From Selaginella moellendorffii (Eukaryota; Plantae; Lycopodiophyta), in NCBI RefSeq assembly GCF_000143415.4, contig NW_003314273.1, positions 62,001 through 126,000 on the forward strand: a stretch of DNA of 64,000 nucleotides. Reading direction: 5' to 3'. A model generated the notes under the pieces. It saw nothing but the letters and a program-made list of their open reading frames with translations, searched no databases and was not told the DNA's origin. Shown piece by piece: positions 1-11,262 of this stretch. The position numbers and the translations under genes were made by a program. How positions within the stretch are numbered: the stretch's first letter is position 1; the number at the start of each line of letters is the position of its first letter.

Positions 1-2608
1 AACCGTGTTGGCTTATGGCCAGACGGCCTCCGGAAAAACATACACTATGGAAGGATTTGATGACTCTCCAGGTAACAAACTTTCACTAGCTCCAGAGGTT
101 GGGGATAGATCATAGCTTAGAAAAAAATCTGTTAGCTTTTCTATAGCATATAGCAGTTCTAACTACGAATTTTCCTTGTGTTACAGAGTTACGTGGTATA
201 ATTCCTCACGCGTTTGAGGAAATTTTTTCTCACATATCTCAAAGCCAGAGTTCCGATCGTTTTCTCGTGAGAGCCTCCTACCTGGAGATTTACAACGAAG
301 AGATCCGGGATCTCTTGGCACCAAGTACTTCGCCAGGGGCGAGACTGGAGCTAAAAGAGAGCCCGGACGCGGGTGTTTACGTGAGGAATCTCACTTGCCT
401 GACCGTGCATAGCCTCTCGGACATCATTCGACTACTGATGGTGGCTATTTCATCTTTAATCCATTCTTTCTAAGTCACAGTAAGAACGGCAAGCTTGGTA
501 AGATGGTTTTTGTTATTCTGGCTCTTGCTCAATGTTGGTTAGTAGCTTACAGGTTGGGAAAAAGAACCGATCTGTCGGAGCAACTCTTATGAACCAAGAC
601 TCGTCGCGTTCGCATTCCATATTCACCATAACTGTGGAGACTAGTGTGGAGGATCCAGAAACTGGCTTGCACATACGAGTTGGGAAACTAAACCTGGTAT
701 GCACGTTGAAGATTTCGTTTTCTCATCTTTAGGATTAACAACGCTCATTCAGGTCGATCTTGCTGGTAGTGAAAGAATGAGCAAAACTGGAGCTACTGGG
801 GATAGATTGAAAGAGCTCACCAACATAAATTGGTCTCTTACAGCTCTTGGAAATGTCATCTCGGCCCTGGTTGATGGAAGGAGTACGCACATTCCCTACC
901 GTGATTCGAAGCTGACCAGGCTCTTGCAAGACTCACTCGGTGGGAATACAAGGACTGTCATGGTGGCAAACATTGGACCTGCTGATTATAACTATGAAGA
1001 GTCCGTCAGCACACTACGGTATGCCAATCGTGCAAAGAGCATTAAGAACAAACCGCGTATCAACGAGGATCCAAAGGACGCGTTGCTGCGGGAGTTCCAG
1101 GCTGAAATTATCAGGTTCATTGGCTTGATATGTGTTCTCAAGCTTATGAACTCTGAAAATTGTGTTAACAGGTTAAAAGCGCAGCTTAGTGGCGATGCTG
1201 TTAACGATTTGACCAAGGAAATCTGTACGCTAAAGAACGAGAAAGAAATGGTGGAAAAGAACTTGAGAAACTTGAGGCAGCAAGCTGGAGTTGATCCTTA
1301 CCTGTGCCAGTCATTCAGTGAACAAGCCATTTCATACATTAAAGCGGATTTAGAGAAAAAGGTAAGCCTCGTCAAAAAACACGCCATGTTGGTATGAAAG
1401 GGTCCGTGTTTTGCAGGCGCATTTCGACATTGAGTGCTTGCGAGCAGAAAAGGAGCGTTCAGACGAAGAGAAGCAGAAACTGACGGAGCAGCTGCTCAAG
1501 CAGTTGAAGGACATGCAAACCCATTATGAGGTATGCGGAATGAAACATGGTTGCTTTTATTAGGCTATTTTTTCTCTTGTGCAGTCGTTTGCCAAGGAAA
1601 AAGAAGACCGTGATTTCCTAACTAATAAGCTGAGAGCTTTGGAGGACAAAGTTTTGCATGGTTCCAACAACGATAACGAGAAGCTGGTGGAGAAAGCAAA
1701 GCAGCAGGAGGAAGAGCTTGCTCTTTACCAGCATCATATCCAAGAACGGCAGCAACTGGATGAAGAGCGCCAGCGGAAGATAGCAGAGCTTGAGGTAAAA
1801 AAGGAAACACGCTTTTGCATTTTCCACTCACTTGGGACGTCGCGTGTGACAGGACGCACAACTGATGGCCGAGGTGAAGTGCAGCACAATGGAGGAAGAG
1901 TTGGAAATGAAAACGACCAAATTTCGAAAGCTGATGGCGTGTTACCAGCAGAGCAAAGCCGACTTAGCCTCGTTGCGGACGGAGCTGCAGGACACAATCC
2001 ACGAGTTTCATCGGGAGCGCACCGATTTGCTTCTCAGTTTGCGCTCGCTGGAGCAGCAACATCAGCTCAAGTCTTTAGTGATCGAGGTAAAAAGACAATG
2101 AGCTCAAACGATTCTGATTCTTGTTTCTCTTTTTCTTTATACAGAAATTTATTCCGTCCGAGGAGCTGGCTAAGATCATGAAGAGAGTGGAGTGGGACGA
2201 CGAGACGGAAAGATGGGTGTTCCAGAGCATGGTGGCTAATTTCCAGTCGGGTATGAGTCCGTTCATCGTGGATCCAGCTAACAAGCAGCCACTTCAAAGG
2301 CCGGCATCAGCCGTGGGAAGGAGTAGACCGCCAGGATCCAGATACCAGTAAGCTTCTAAGCAACTTTGTTCTTGCAAAGTTCTTACATGCTCGCTCTTCC
2401 CAGGATGGACAACGTGCTCAAGATTGGCTTGGACATTCCAAAGCACACTCTCTACGATTACGAGAATCACCTCGACCGCGCACAGGCTCAAGCTCACATC
2501 ATGCAGGCTTTCTCCCCGAACTTTGGCGAAGACGACGGCCCATACCTGTCATACGAGCAAAAGACAGGAGCGGCAAAGCCTCTTCGCCCAAGAACAGCAA
2601 ACAGATGA
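1..2608 (+). CDS. Kinesin-2 (KIF3/FLA10-like) motor subunit, multi-exon, 5' end outside window
   Basis: Spliced translation gives motor motifs [13 protein letters not shown] (P-loop), [37 protein letters not shown] and [20 protein letters not shown]. The neck [20 protein letters not shown] is typical of kinesin-2 and is followed by coiled-coil exons. Short GT-AG introns; stop at 2608. Confidence 0.9.
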
Positions 2609-2765
2609 GGGATAGAAAGAAGAAGCGTCAAAACTCTGGGACGAGTTTACAAAATTTCTGGCCGCGAGGAACTAGCAAACAGATGAAGGATAGAAAGAAG
2701 CTTTCGCTCGTTCAAAACTCTGGGACGAGTTCACAAAATTTCTCAACGATCGGCCGAGGAACTAG
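2596..2765. repeat. Imperfect tandem duplication (~80-90 bp, 2 copies) spanning the kinesin stop codon
   Basis: agcaaacagatga(g/a)ggatagaaagaag...caaaactctgggacgagtt(t/c)acaaaatttct...gaggaact occurs twice. Confidence 0.85.
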
Positions 2766-2794
2766 CTGCACTACTTACTCTCGAAGTGGAGCAC

Positions 2795-4516
2795 TCACGG
2801 CTTACTTTGCAAGCTGAAGCCACCGGGCTCTCCATCGCTCATCTCGGCAAAGCGGCTCGGTCCTTCGCTGATTCTCGGGGAGCTTACTTTCTCTTTGGAT
2901 GCGCTCTTGCTCTTGAGGAGGCCGGCTGGAGTGGCCTGGTAGTTGTTCACGATGCCTTTGTAGAGACTGAACGCGGTCGCCAGCATGCTCGACGGGTCAC
3001 CGACATTGTTTGGCAAAAGCATGGTTGTCCCCTGTGACAAAGTATAGATAAACAAGCTATCAAATGGAAACGAGATCGTTTTACCTCTTTGGCGATCTTC
3101 CCAAACTCTCTCAAGTAGTGCTCGGCAACTCGGAGTGACACGGCCTGCAATAGCATCGCGAGATTGGTAGGAGAATGCGAAGGATAAAAAGAGAGAAGAA
3201 ACTGGATGGTTTTACCTCAGCGCCGCCAGCGGCGGTGATAGCAGCAGCAAGCGTTTGAATGGCTGCAGCCTCTCCTTGGGACTCTAGAATCTTGGCATTC
3301 CTCACACCATCGGCTCTGTTGATATTGGATTGCATTTCACCTGCATGAGAGAAGAAACGAAAGAGGAAGTTAAGTTCTTGGTTGCGAGTGTTTCGTACCT
3401 TCAGACTCCAGAATTTGCGCCCTCTTCCTACGCTCGGCCTCGGCTTGCATTTCCATTGCCGCTTTTATGCCGGGAGGAGGTGAGATGTCCCCTACAAAAG
3501 CCAGGATGGAAATAAAATCACTCGGATGCTCTCAAACTCACTGATCTCGTAGCGAAGACACTCCAGGCCCCAGTCGTTCGCAGCGAGATTGATCGATTTC
3601 TGCAATGGAAAACAAAACAATAAAAAGTGGTAACTTGAAAGCATTTTCACTCACTCACCACAATATTTTCATTCAGCGCGGCTCGCTCTTCGAAGGTCTT
3701 GTCCAGTGTCAGCTTCCCGAGCTCGCTCCTCATTGTCGTCTGCGCAAGCTGGACGACCGTGGAGACAACGTTCCCGACGCCATACGACGCCTTCTTCGGG
3801 TCCACGATCTGCCAATCCAAAGCGCCAAACCATTAGAACAATAGACAATCTTAAAACACTGAAAACTCTCAAAAGCAGAACGAAAGAAAGAAATAGCCAT
3901 TGTCCAAACACATGGCAAAGGAAAACCAGGAAAAGAAGAGCTTAACTCTCCAAAGAACGAAGAGCAGCTCACGAAAGCTCTAAAAAAGACACAAAATCGA
4001 AGAGAAGACTCATGCTACAAGAAGAAAGAAGAAAGAGAAGTGCTTGCCTTGATGTAGAGCACTCCATCCACACTGATGCTCACATTGTCACGGGTCACCG
4101 CAGTCTGGTGGTAGATCGGGATGGCCTCCTCTTTGAGCGAGTGGACATACGCAATGCGATCCACCAGAGGTATCATGATGTGAAACCCAGACTCCAGTGT
4201 CTTCAAGTATCTCCCAAATCGCTCCACAACGTAGGCTTTCTTCTCTGGAACGATCCGGATGCCCCAGTTCGTCGGAGGCCTGCTCGCAAACCTTTTGCAT
4301 TAGTAGAAGAGATGATCTTCCAAGAAAGCAATGCGGGGAAAATACCTCATATCATCGGAGTACCTCTCATTGCTCAAATTCCTGCGCGACAGAGAGAGCT
4401 AAGCGCAAGAAACGATCCACCGGGACGACAGGATCTTACCTGACAGAGATGGCGCGCGGGGTGACTTTGCGGAGCTCGCCCAGGCGCATCAGCGATCGTC
4501 TTGCCGCCATAGCCAT
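2795..4516 (-). CDS. Stomatin-like protein (SPFH/band-7, SLP2-like, probably mitochondrial), multi-exon
   Basis: [82 protein letters not shown] and [10 protein letters not shown] are SPFH/SLP2 hallmarks. Arg-rich N-terminus [12 protein letters not shown]. Confidence 0.9.
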
Positions 4517-4593
4517 GCCCTAAGTGTGTGTAAGTTCATTACATGCTAGCCTCCTTAAGTACTCTTTAAAATTTTCTTTGCCGCGAAGACAAC

Positions 4594-5469
4594 CTACTGA
4601 GGCCTGCCGAGAGGAATTCCTTCGATGTAAAGCCATCGCTTGGTTCCTTCCGGACCCTCGCTGCGAACAAAGCGGCTCCTCTCCAGCAAAAACTTATTGA
4701 TGCGATCGTTCGCGCGGCTTCCTCTGGCAAGAGTGTATGTCACCTTGAATGAAACGAATGCCTGCAAATTGGATTGGAGAGCCATTCTTCTTTTTAGAGA
4801 CTCTGCTTACCTCGTCCTCGCTCTCGGTTTGGAAATCCAGTATCTCCAAGCGCTTGAACTTGAGCTTTCGACAGGTTGCTTCTACGTCCGCTAGAAGCCT
4901 GGCCTCTCCACCTGAAAGAAAGAAAGAACAGCACGAGCTACGATCTTTCTTTCTCGAGAATGATCTATCGTCAAACCTTGAAAGCATGCGTTTTCCTTGT
5001 GGGTTGTCTTCACGACGTAGTCCGAGTTTCCTCGTGCATAAGCGCTGAATCTCGCCTCTGAAAAAACAAGTGAAAACACCAGTTCTTCCTGGGAAAACAA
5101 GGAAAGACGAGCTCACTTACTCATCACAGCCAGCGCATCCGGTTCTGCTCCTCCTTCGTGCAGAACACCACAGCATGACTCGTAGCTCTTCCTCAGTTCT
5201 CCTCCACCGCACGGGCAAACACTTTGATTTTCCTTCTCGTCTTCGACTTGAGCGCCGCCCTCTTCTTTCTCTGCCGCAGCCTGTTCGTCCGTTTTACCCC
5301 TCCGGCTTCTCTGGAGAAGCTCCTTGAACCCCCTGCTCGCTCTTGCCTCAAAACTTGGACGTGGCCTCGACTCCCAGCTGAATTGCAAAGAATCTCGAGT
5401 GGATAAGCAGACACCATTTGCGGGAACCGGGGAACTCTTCAGCAGTGCTCGAGGTAAGCTCAATGCCAT
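4594..5469 (-). CDS. YchJ/UPF0225-like SEC-C motif protein with plastid-type transit peptide, multi-exon
   Basis: Spliced: CPCGGGELRKSYESCCGVLHEGGAEPDALAVMRARFSAYARGNSDYVVKTTH...LEILDF...AFVSFKV...LERSRFVR...WLYIEG. This follows the YchJ pattern CPCG..Y..CC..H...LMRSRYSAY...E.SRF...W.Y.DG. Ser/Arg-rich N-terminal extension. Confidence 0.85.
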
Positions 5470-5666
5470 TCAGTGACAATGGCCTCCCTTAGGAGAAAAA
5501 CTCAATGCTCGAAAAGAAAGTTCTTGCCTCGGATTTGAGCGAAATCTTTCTCTCGGGTCTGCTCAGGCACCCAAGTTAGTACAAATGGAAAAGCAAAACT
5601 CGGGAGGATTACCTCTCAATAAAACTTCTGCGAGGAGTCGACTTTGGACGTGAGAGCGTAGCGCTC

Positions 5667-6591
5667 TCACGTCACAGATCCCGCAGCCGCGGCTTTTGCT
5701 GCTTTCATCTTTCGCAATCTCTCTTGCCACGAATCTTTTTGCATTGCAATGACCTGCATGATGCGTGAGCACAGGAATAGGCAATGAAAAACACAAACCT
5801 CTTCACTCAGAAGATCACTCGCCTTCTTTTCGTGATTCTTCTCGACGTGAGAACTTGGAGCTTGTTGTTCCTCCTCTTTTGGAACTGATCCGGAGCCAAA
5901 CATAGCAGCGTCGTGAGCAGCCTCGGTCCGCTTCTCCCTTGTGAGCTGTGGCGAATTCACGAGTAAACAATTTTGGCTCGATAAACGCTCGTCCATACCT
6001 GGCTAGAGTATGAAAGATACGATCCAGCAGTGTTCCTTAGCGAAGAAGTATCGTCCGGACCAGCACCTACATGAAGCAAAAACATTTCCTAGCGAGTATA
6101 GCATCACAAGAGAGAGTGCTTACTGCTACTTCTGGGATTGGAGTCTTCTTCCTCCTCGTCCAAAGGAGCACTCTTATCAAAATCAAAGCGCTCCCAGTTC
6201 TTGGTGTCTTTGTCTTTGGCCGCTAAAAAACGAAAGAACTCACTTTGGAGAATTTTTATCAAAGATGAAACTAGAAAGCACGAGAAGCACACCTGTTTGG
6301 GAGAGCTGGAAGTTCATCCTTGCCTTCACTCTTTCAGCTGGAGTCTAGACAAACAAACAAAAAAAAAAAAAAAAAACGAAGGAATTCATCCAAAACATTT
6401 TAATACCGTCAACATACCATTCGATCGTAGTCTGGAATGAGCTCTTCGCTTCTCGAGGCTTTCCCAGATCTGGAACGCTTGGCATTCTCCGGGGGGCTCT
6501 TGCTCCTCCTGCTGGACTTCTTGCCGCCGCGATCTGGTTTGCCAGCGCCGGCAAATCCCACTCCCGCCCTGGACGATCGCCCGCGCTCCAT
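5667..6591 (-). CDS. Uncharacterised protein with basic R/S/K-rich N-terminus, ~6 short exons
   Basis: Exons joined by GT-AG introns: MERGRSSR...PDYDRM|TPAERVKARMNFQLSQT|AAKDKDTKNWERFDFDKSAPLDEEEED|...|AAHDAAMFGS...|VIAMQKDSWQERLRK..stop 5667. Function not recognised. Confidence 0.75.
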
Positions 6592-6631
6592 AGGGTTTCT
6601 CCTCTCGCAGATTTAGGGTTCCTGGTCTGTG

Positions 6632-8293
6632 ATGTGCTGCTTGAAGAAGCAGCAAAGGAAGGCATTCTCCAATCTCCTCAAAGCGTGCATCGATTCCCGG
6701 GACTTCTCCCGGGGCCGCAAGCTCCACGCGCAGATCCTCGCCAGCGGCTGCTCCGGCGACACCCACCTCGCCAATCTCCTCCTCACAATGTACCGCCGCT
6801 GCCGCAGCCTCGACGACGCGCGCGCCGTCTTTGATTCCATCCCGGAGCCCTCGACATGTCATTGGAACATCATCATCGCGGCGTGCATCGAGAGTGGCGA
6901 CCTGGATCTCGCGGGCAGCCTCTACGAGCGGATGCCCTACCGGGATCTTGTCACGCAAAACACGCTGCTTCAGGCATTTGCCCAGACGGGGGATCTGGAT
7001 CGTACAAAGAGGTTCTTCGATCGAGGCCGCAACAAGGACGTGATCTCCTGGAACATCATGATCAAGGGCTTTGGCCAAAGAGGGCAGTGTCTCTCCGCCA
7101 GAGAGTTCTTTCAACGCATGCCCCAGAGGAGCGTAGTGTCCTGGACGACGCTCCTCGCAGCAAATGCCGCTTTTGGGCATTTGGAAACTGCCGAAAGAAT
7201 ATTCGATTCCATGCCGGAGCGCGACGCCATCGCTTGCAATGCGATGCTCCACACGCGCGCCGACAGGATCGATCTTTGCAGGGATTTCTTCCGCCACAAG
7301 ATGACCCACAGGGATCCAATCAGCTGGAACACGCTCATTGCGGCGCTGGCGGGCGCGGGGCACTTCCTCGAGGCCCGGGGCGCGTTCGATCGGATGCCGC
7401 ACACCAACCTGGGCGCCTGGAACGAGATGATATCGATCTTCTCCAGGAACTCGCAGCTCCAGGAGGCGATTCAAGCCTTCGCCAAGATGCCGGAGAGGGA
7501 CGTTCTCTCGTGGAACTCCATCGTCCGGGCCTACGCGCTCAATGGGCACCTGGATGAGATCGGTGGCGCGCTGGAGAGAATGCCACAGTGGGGTGCCGCG
7601 AGCTGGAATTCCTTGCTCCAGGCACTGGTGGAGCACCGGCAATTCGATCTCGCCACCACGCTTTTCGACGGGATGGCGCACAAGAGCGTCGTGTCGTGGA
7701 CGTGTATGATCCCAGCACAGGAAGGACAAGAAAAGAGAGGTTCTCTTCCGGAAAATCGCCAAGAACACGACGATCCAAGCGCAAGCTCACCGGACAAAGA
7801 GAAGATCTTCTTCGACAAGATGCCGGCTTGGAACTCGGTGTCTTGGAACACACTCATGAAAACCTACGCTGAATCTTCGAATTTGGATAGAGCAAGAGAG
7901 TGTTTCTATCTCATGCCAGATCCAAACTTGGTAACATGGAACCTCATGACGTCAGCATATGCCCAGTCTGGGCATTTACGGGAGATGGAAGAGTTTTTCC
8001 GGCTCATGAATCTCAATGGGGTTCCTCCAAACGAGAAAACGTTCACAAGCATGATTGGTGGGTGTGGCAGCTGCGGGAAAATCAAGGACGCCCAGCAGTT
8101 TTTCTTCGCAATGACAATGGACTTCGGTCTCTCGCCGGATCCAATCGAGTATCGCTGCATGGTGGACGTGCTTGGACGCCGGAGTTTCTTGAAGGAGATG
8201 GAGGATCTCGTCCGAAACATGCCATTCCATCCGCCAACCGAGGCTTTGCTTGCGGCGGAGAGCTACTGCCGGATTCATGCTGTGAATTCGTAG
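6632..8293 (+). CDS. PLS-class pentatricopeptide repeat protein, intronless, ends in a truncated E domain (no DYW)
   Basis: Repeated FDRMPxRDVVSWNxxIxAYA motifs; C-terminal YRCMVDVLGR...LVRNMPFHP. The start could also be the downstream ATG (MYRRC). Confidence 0.9.
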   Translation: MCCLKKQQRKAFSNLLKACIDSRDFSRGRKLHAQILASGCSGDTHLANLLLTMYRRCRSLDDARAVFDSIPEPSTCHWNIIIAACIESGDLDLAGSLYERMPYRDLVTQNTLLQAFAQTGDLDRTKRFFDRGRNKDVISWNIMIKGFGQRGQCLSAREFFQRMPQRSVVSWTTLLAANAAFGHLETAERIFDSMPERDAIACNAMLHTRADRIDLCRDFFRHKMTHRDPISWNTLIAALAGAGHFLEARGAFDRMPHTNLGAWNEMISIFSRNSQLQEAIQAFAKMPERDVLSWNSIVRAYALNGHLDEIGGALERMPQWGAASWNSLLQALVEHRQFDLATTLFDGMAHKSVVSWTCMIPAQEGQEKRGSLPENRQEHDDPSASSPDKEKIFFDKMPAWNSVSWNTLMKTYAESSNLDRARECFYLMPDPNLVTWNLMTSAYAQSGHLREMEEFFRLMNLNGVPPNEKTFTSMIGGCGSCGKIKDAQQFFFAMTMDFGLSPDPIEYRCMVDVLGRRSFLKEMEDLVRNMPFHPPTEALLAAESYCRIHAVNS

Positions 8294-8426
8294 CAAATCT
8301 CGGGCTCTTCTATCGAAGGAAAATCAGGAGAATTGTCTCTCGAATTCCAGCGAAGACTCAAACTCCGAGATAACGGTTTTTACATGAACAGCAAATGCCC
8401 ATATACTAGGCATCTCTGCTGGAACT

Positions 8427-9498
8427 CTAGTTCTTGACAAGCTTGACCTTGTCAATCTTGAGAAGTTTCACGAAGAACCAGTCTCTCACCCATGCCGGCG
8501 CGTAGAACATCGACCAGAGCAACGGGACGAAGTGGCCATAACCGAAGTAGCTCGGGGGCTTGGCATCCAGGACCTTGCTCGCCATGGCTCTCGCAAACTC
8601 GGGCGCTGGAGTGGACTTGGGGCCCTGCGAGAGCATCCCGCGGTACTCGATGGATTCCTGGAATGGCTTGTAGATCTTGAGGTCGTAACTCAGGCCTGTG
8701 GAGAGCGCAGCCTTGCCGATGTTCGAGACGATCGCTCCGGGAGTGACGAGGATCACGTCGATGTTGAATGGTCGCAGCTCCACTCTAGAAGAAGAAGGAA
8801 AGTTCCAAGCGATCATAGCTATGCGTGATCATAGCTCTCCAAACAGTTTGGAGAGCTATGATCTTCGAGAGAGACTTGGAAGAAAGCCCACCTTAGAGAG
8901 TCGGTTAATGCGTGGAGGGCTGCTTTGGAGGAAGTGTAGCCAGCCATCCAAGGGCCAGAAGCGTACGCAGCGATGCTACCGACGTTCACGATCCTTCCTC
9001 TTCCTTGTTTCACCATAAAAGGAACCACCTTTTGGATCAAAGACACAGTTCCTGGGAAAAAAATTGCTCAAAACCGAGTCGCTCGATCGATCTCTAGGCC
9101 TCGCTCGAAAGGAATTTCGATCCAGAGAAGAACTTACCAAAGACATTGGTTCTATACGCTCTCTCCAGCATCTCCAAGGGGATCTCCGCGATCGGCCCCA
9201 GGCAAGGAACGCCCGCATTGTTGATGAGCACATCGATCTTCCCAAATCTCTGGATCGTCGACTCCACCGCCCGGGACATGGAGTCCTCGTCCAGCACATC
9301 CAGCGTAATGCAGCTGATGGAGCTGGGCTGCTGCTGCTCCAGCCCCCGGATCGATGCGAGCGAACGCGCCGACGCCACAACCGTGCATCCCCGGCTGCCC
9401 AATTCCGCTGCCAGCGCGTGCCCGATCCCTCCCTCGGAGCACCCGGTGATCAGGACTACCAGATCCTTGGGCGCTAGGCGGGATCCGCCCAAACCCAT
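8427..9498 (-). CDS. Short-chain dehydrogenase/reductase (AYR1-like), 3 exons
   Basis: VVLITGCSEGGIG (Rossmann fold), LINNAG, NVGS and catalytic YTSSK (YxxxK). Introns near 9050-9136 and at 8785-8891. Confidence 0.92.
8827..8863. repeat. Perfect inverted repeat (18-bp arms, 1-nt spacer) inside SDR intron 2
   Basis: GATCATAGCTCTCCAAAC-A-GTTTGGAGAGCTATGATC. Confidence 0.95.
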
Positions 9499-9573
9499 CG
9501 CGATCCTCGTGCCCAAGAACCCTAAAACAGGTCACCACGAACAACCCTAAAACCAGGGCTCCCGCGAAGAGCC

Positions 9574-11040
9574 CTAAAACAGGGCCAGCACATAGGGCGA
9601 CGATTTCTCCGGCCGGAGCGCTCGCATTTGCTGCGCGGCATCCCTGGCGCGCTCTCGGTCGCTATCGCTGCGACAGGCATCCAAAAGCCCCGTCCAGGAG
9701 ACGTAATCCGGCTCGAATGGCATGCTCTGGACGAGCTCCTCCGCCTCGGCGACGCGGCCTCCGCGGCCCAGGAGATCCGCGACGCAGGCGAAGTGCTCCA
9801 CGCCCGGGGCGATCTCAAAATCGGCGCCCATACCGACGAATTCCATCCACCCCTCGCGCAGCAGCCCCGCGTGGCCACACGCCCACAAGATCGACGTGAA
9901 GCTCGCGGAATCGGGCGCGATCCCTTCGATCCTCATCTCGCGCGCAAAGAAGAGAGCGTCGAGCGATCGCCCATTCTGCGCGTGGCCCGCGATCATGGCA
10001 TTGAAGGAGATGGTGTCGCGGGTGGGCATCGCGCGGAATACCGATCGCGCGAGCTCCAGATCCCCGAGCTTGGAGTAGAAGCTCAAGATCGCATTGCCCA
10101 CGAGGAGCGATTGTGGGAACTCCGCCGCCATTGCCGCGATCATTCCCGCGCTGGAATCCCTGGAGATGGAGGAGATGGATTGGAGGAGAGTGACGACTGT
10201 CACCTCGTTTGGCCGCTCGCCCTCTAGATTCATGGATCGAAACGCGCGCACCGCCTCTTTGGAATGCCCATTCCGGGCATACGCCGCCATGAGCGCCGTC
10301 CACGACACCACATTCTTTCTCGGCATCGCCAAGAAGATGCTCTCCGCTCGATCGATCTGCGAGAATCGGCCGAGAGCGACGATCAACGCGTTCCCAATCT
10401 TGGGCGATTCATCGCCATCGCCATCGTCTCTCTCCCAATCTCCCAGACGCGATTGGATCATTCTCACGTCCCTGCCGCTGGAGCAAACATCCAGAACTGT
10501 GACGAAGGAGACCTCGTTTGGAGCGATGCCGTCGAGCTCCATGGATTGAAACGTATAACGCGCTCTAGCAAGATGCCCTGTTTGGGCATATCCAGACACC
10601 ATAGTGTTCCAGCTCGTCACGTCTCTAGCTTCCATTTTCTGGAACAATCCTTCCGCGCTAGCCATTTTTTTAAACCTCGTGTAAGCAGCGAGAATAGCAT
10701 TGTAGCAAATCACGCTGGGATTTTGTATCATATCAAAGAAACCTCTCGCGAGAAACAGATGCCCATTCTCGGCATATGCCACGAGCATCATTGTAAAGGA
10801 GAAGGCATTTGGGGTCGCAATGGTATCGAACACAAGCCGTGCGTCTTGGGCAGAGCCACATTTCCCGTACATTTGGAGCAGGGTATTGGCCATGAAACGG
10901 TCCTCTTCGTAGCCCGTACGGGCAATGGATCCATGGGCTTGCCTCCCTCGCGGCAAATGGCTTTGTGTGCCAGCCTTGTCGAGCGTGGCTGCCCATTGTC
11001 GCTTGAAGCTCTGGGGGGCAGTCCGGGAGAATCCATGCAT
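9574..11040 (-). CDS. PLS-class PPR protein, intronless, E1 domain then stop (no DYW)
   Basis: MYGKCGSAQDARLVFD, NVVSWTALMAAYARNGH, HFACVADLLGRGG..AEELVQSMPFEPDYVSWTGLLDACR. First in-frame ATG at 11040 (ORF open to 11088). Confidence 0.9.
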   Translation of the reverse strand: MHGFSRTAPQSFKRQWAATLDKAGTQSHLPRGRQAHGSIARTGYEEDRFMANTLLQMYGKCGSAQDARLVFDTIATPNAFSFTMMLVAYAENGHLFLARGFFDMIQNPSVICYNAILAAYTRFKKMASAEGLFQKMEARDVTSWNTMVSGYAQTGHLARARYTFQSMELDGIAPNEVSFVTVLDVCSSGRDVRMIQSRLGDWERDDGDGDESPKIGNALIVALGRFSQIDRAESIFLAMPRKNVVSWTALMAAYARNGHSKEAVRAFRSMNLEGERPNEVTVVTLLQSISSISRDSSAGMIAAMAAEFPQSLLVGNAILSFYSKLGDLELARSVFRAMPTRDTISFNAMIAGHAQNGRSLDALFFAREMRIEGIAPDSASFTSILWACGHAGLLREGWMEFVGMGADFEIAPGVEHFACVADLLGRGGRVAEAEELVQSMPFEPDYVSWTGLLDACRSDSDRERARDAAQQMRALRPEKSSPYVLALF

Positions 11041-11262
11041 CCAACCTGACCTAAATATTGGGTGGTTCCTTTTCAAATTTCGCAGCACATGCCGAGAGCG
11101 GGCATCTTTCTAGGTTTTGAATATAGAATATATTTGTTTTGATGGTATATTCTTAGAGTATAAGGCATATCCTAAAAAGCTTGACGTTTTCTTCGAGGAC
11201 TTGTCGGTGGGACACATAAAATAGTGCTGTTCTCCTCACTCTCTAGTCTCGCACTTCCGGCC

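Noticed and set aside
6386-7768. 460-aa antisense ORF over the PPR gene, and similar antisense ORFs over PPR2, BAHD2 and the LRR-RLK
   Set aside because: Shadow ORFs of GC-rich coding sequence with no recognisable motifs.
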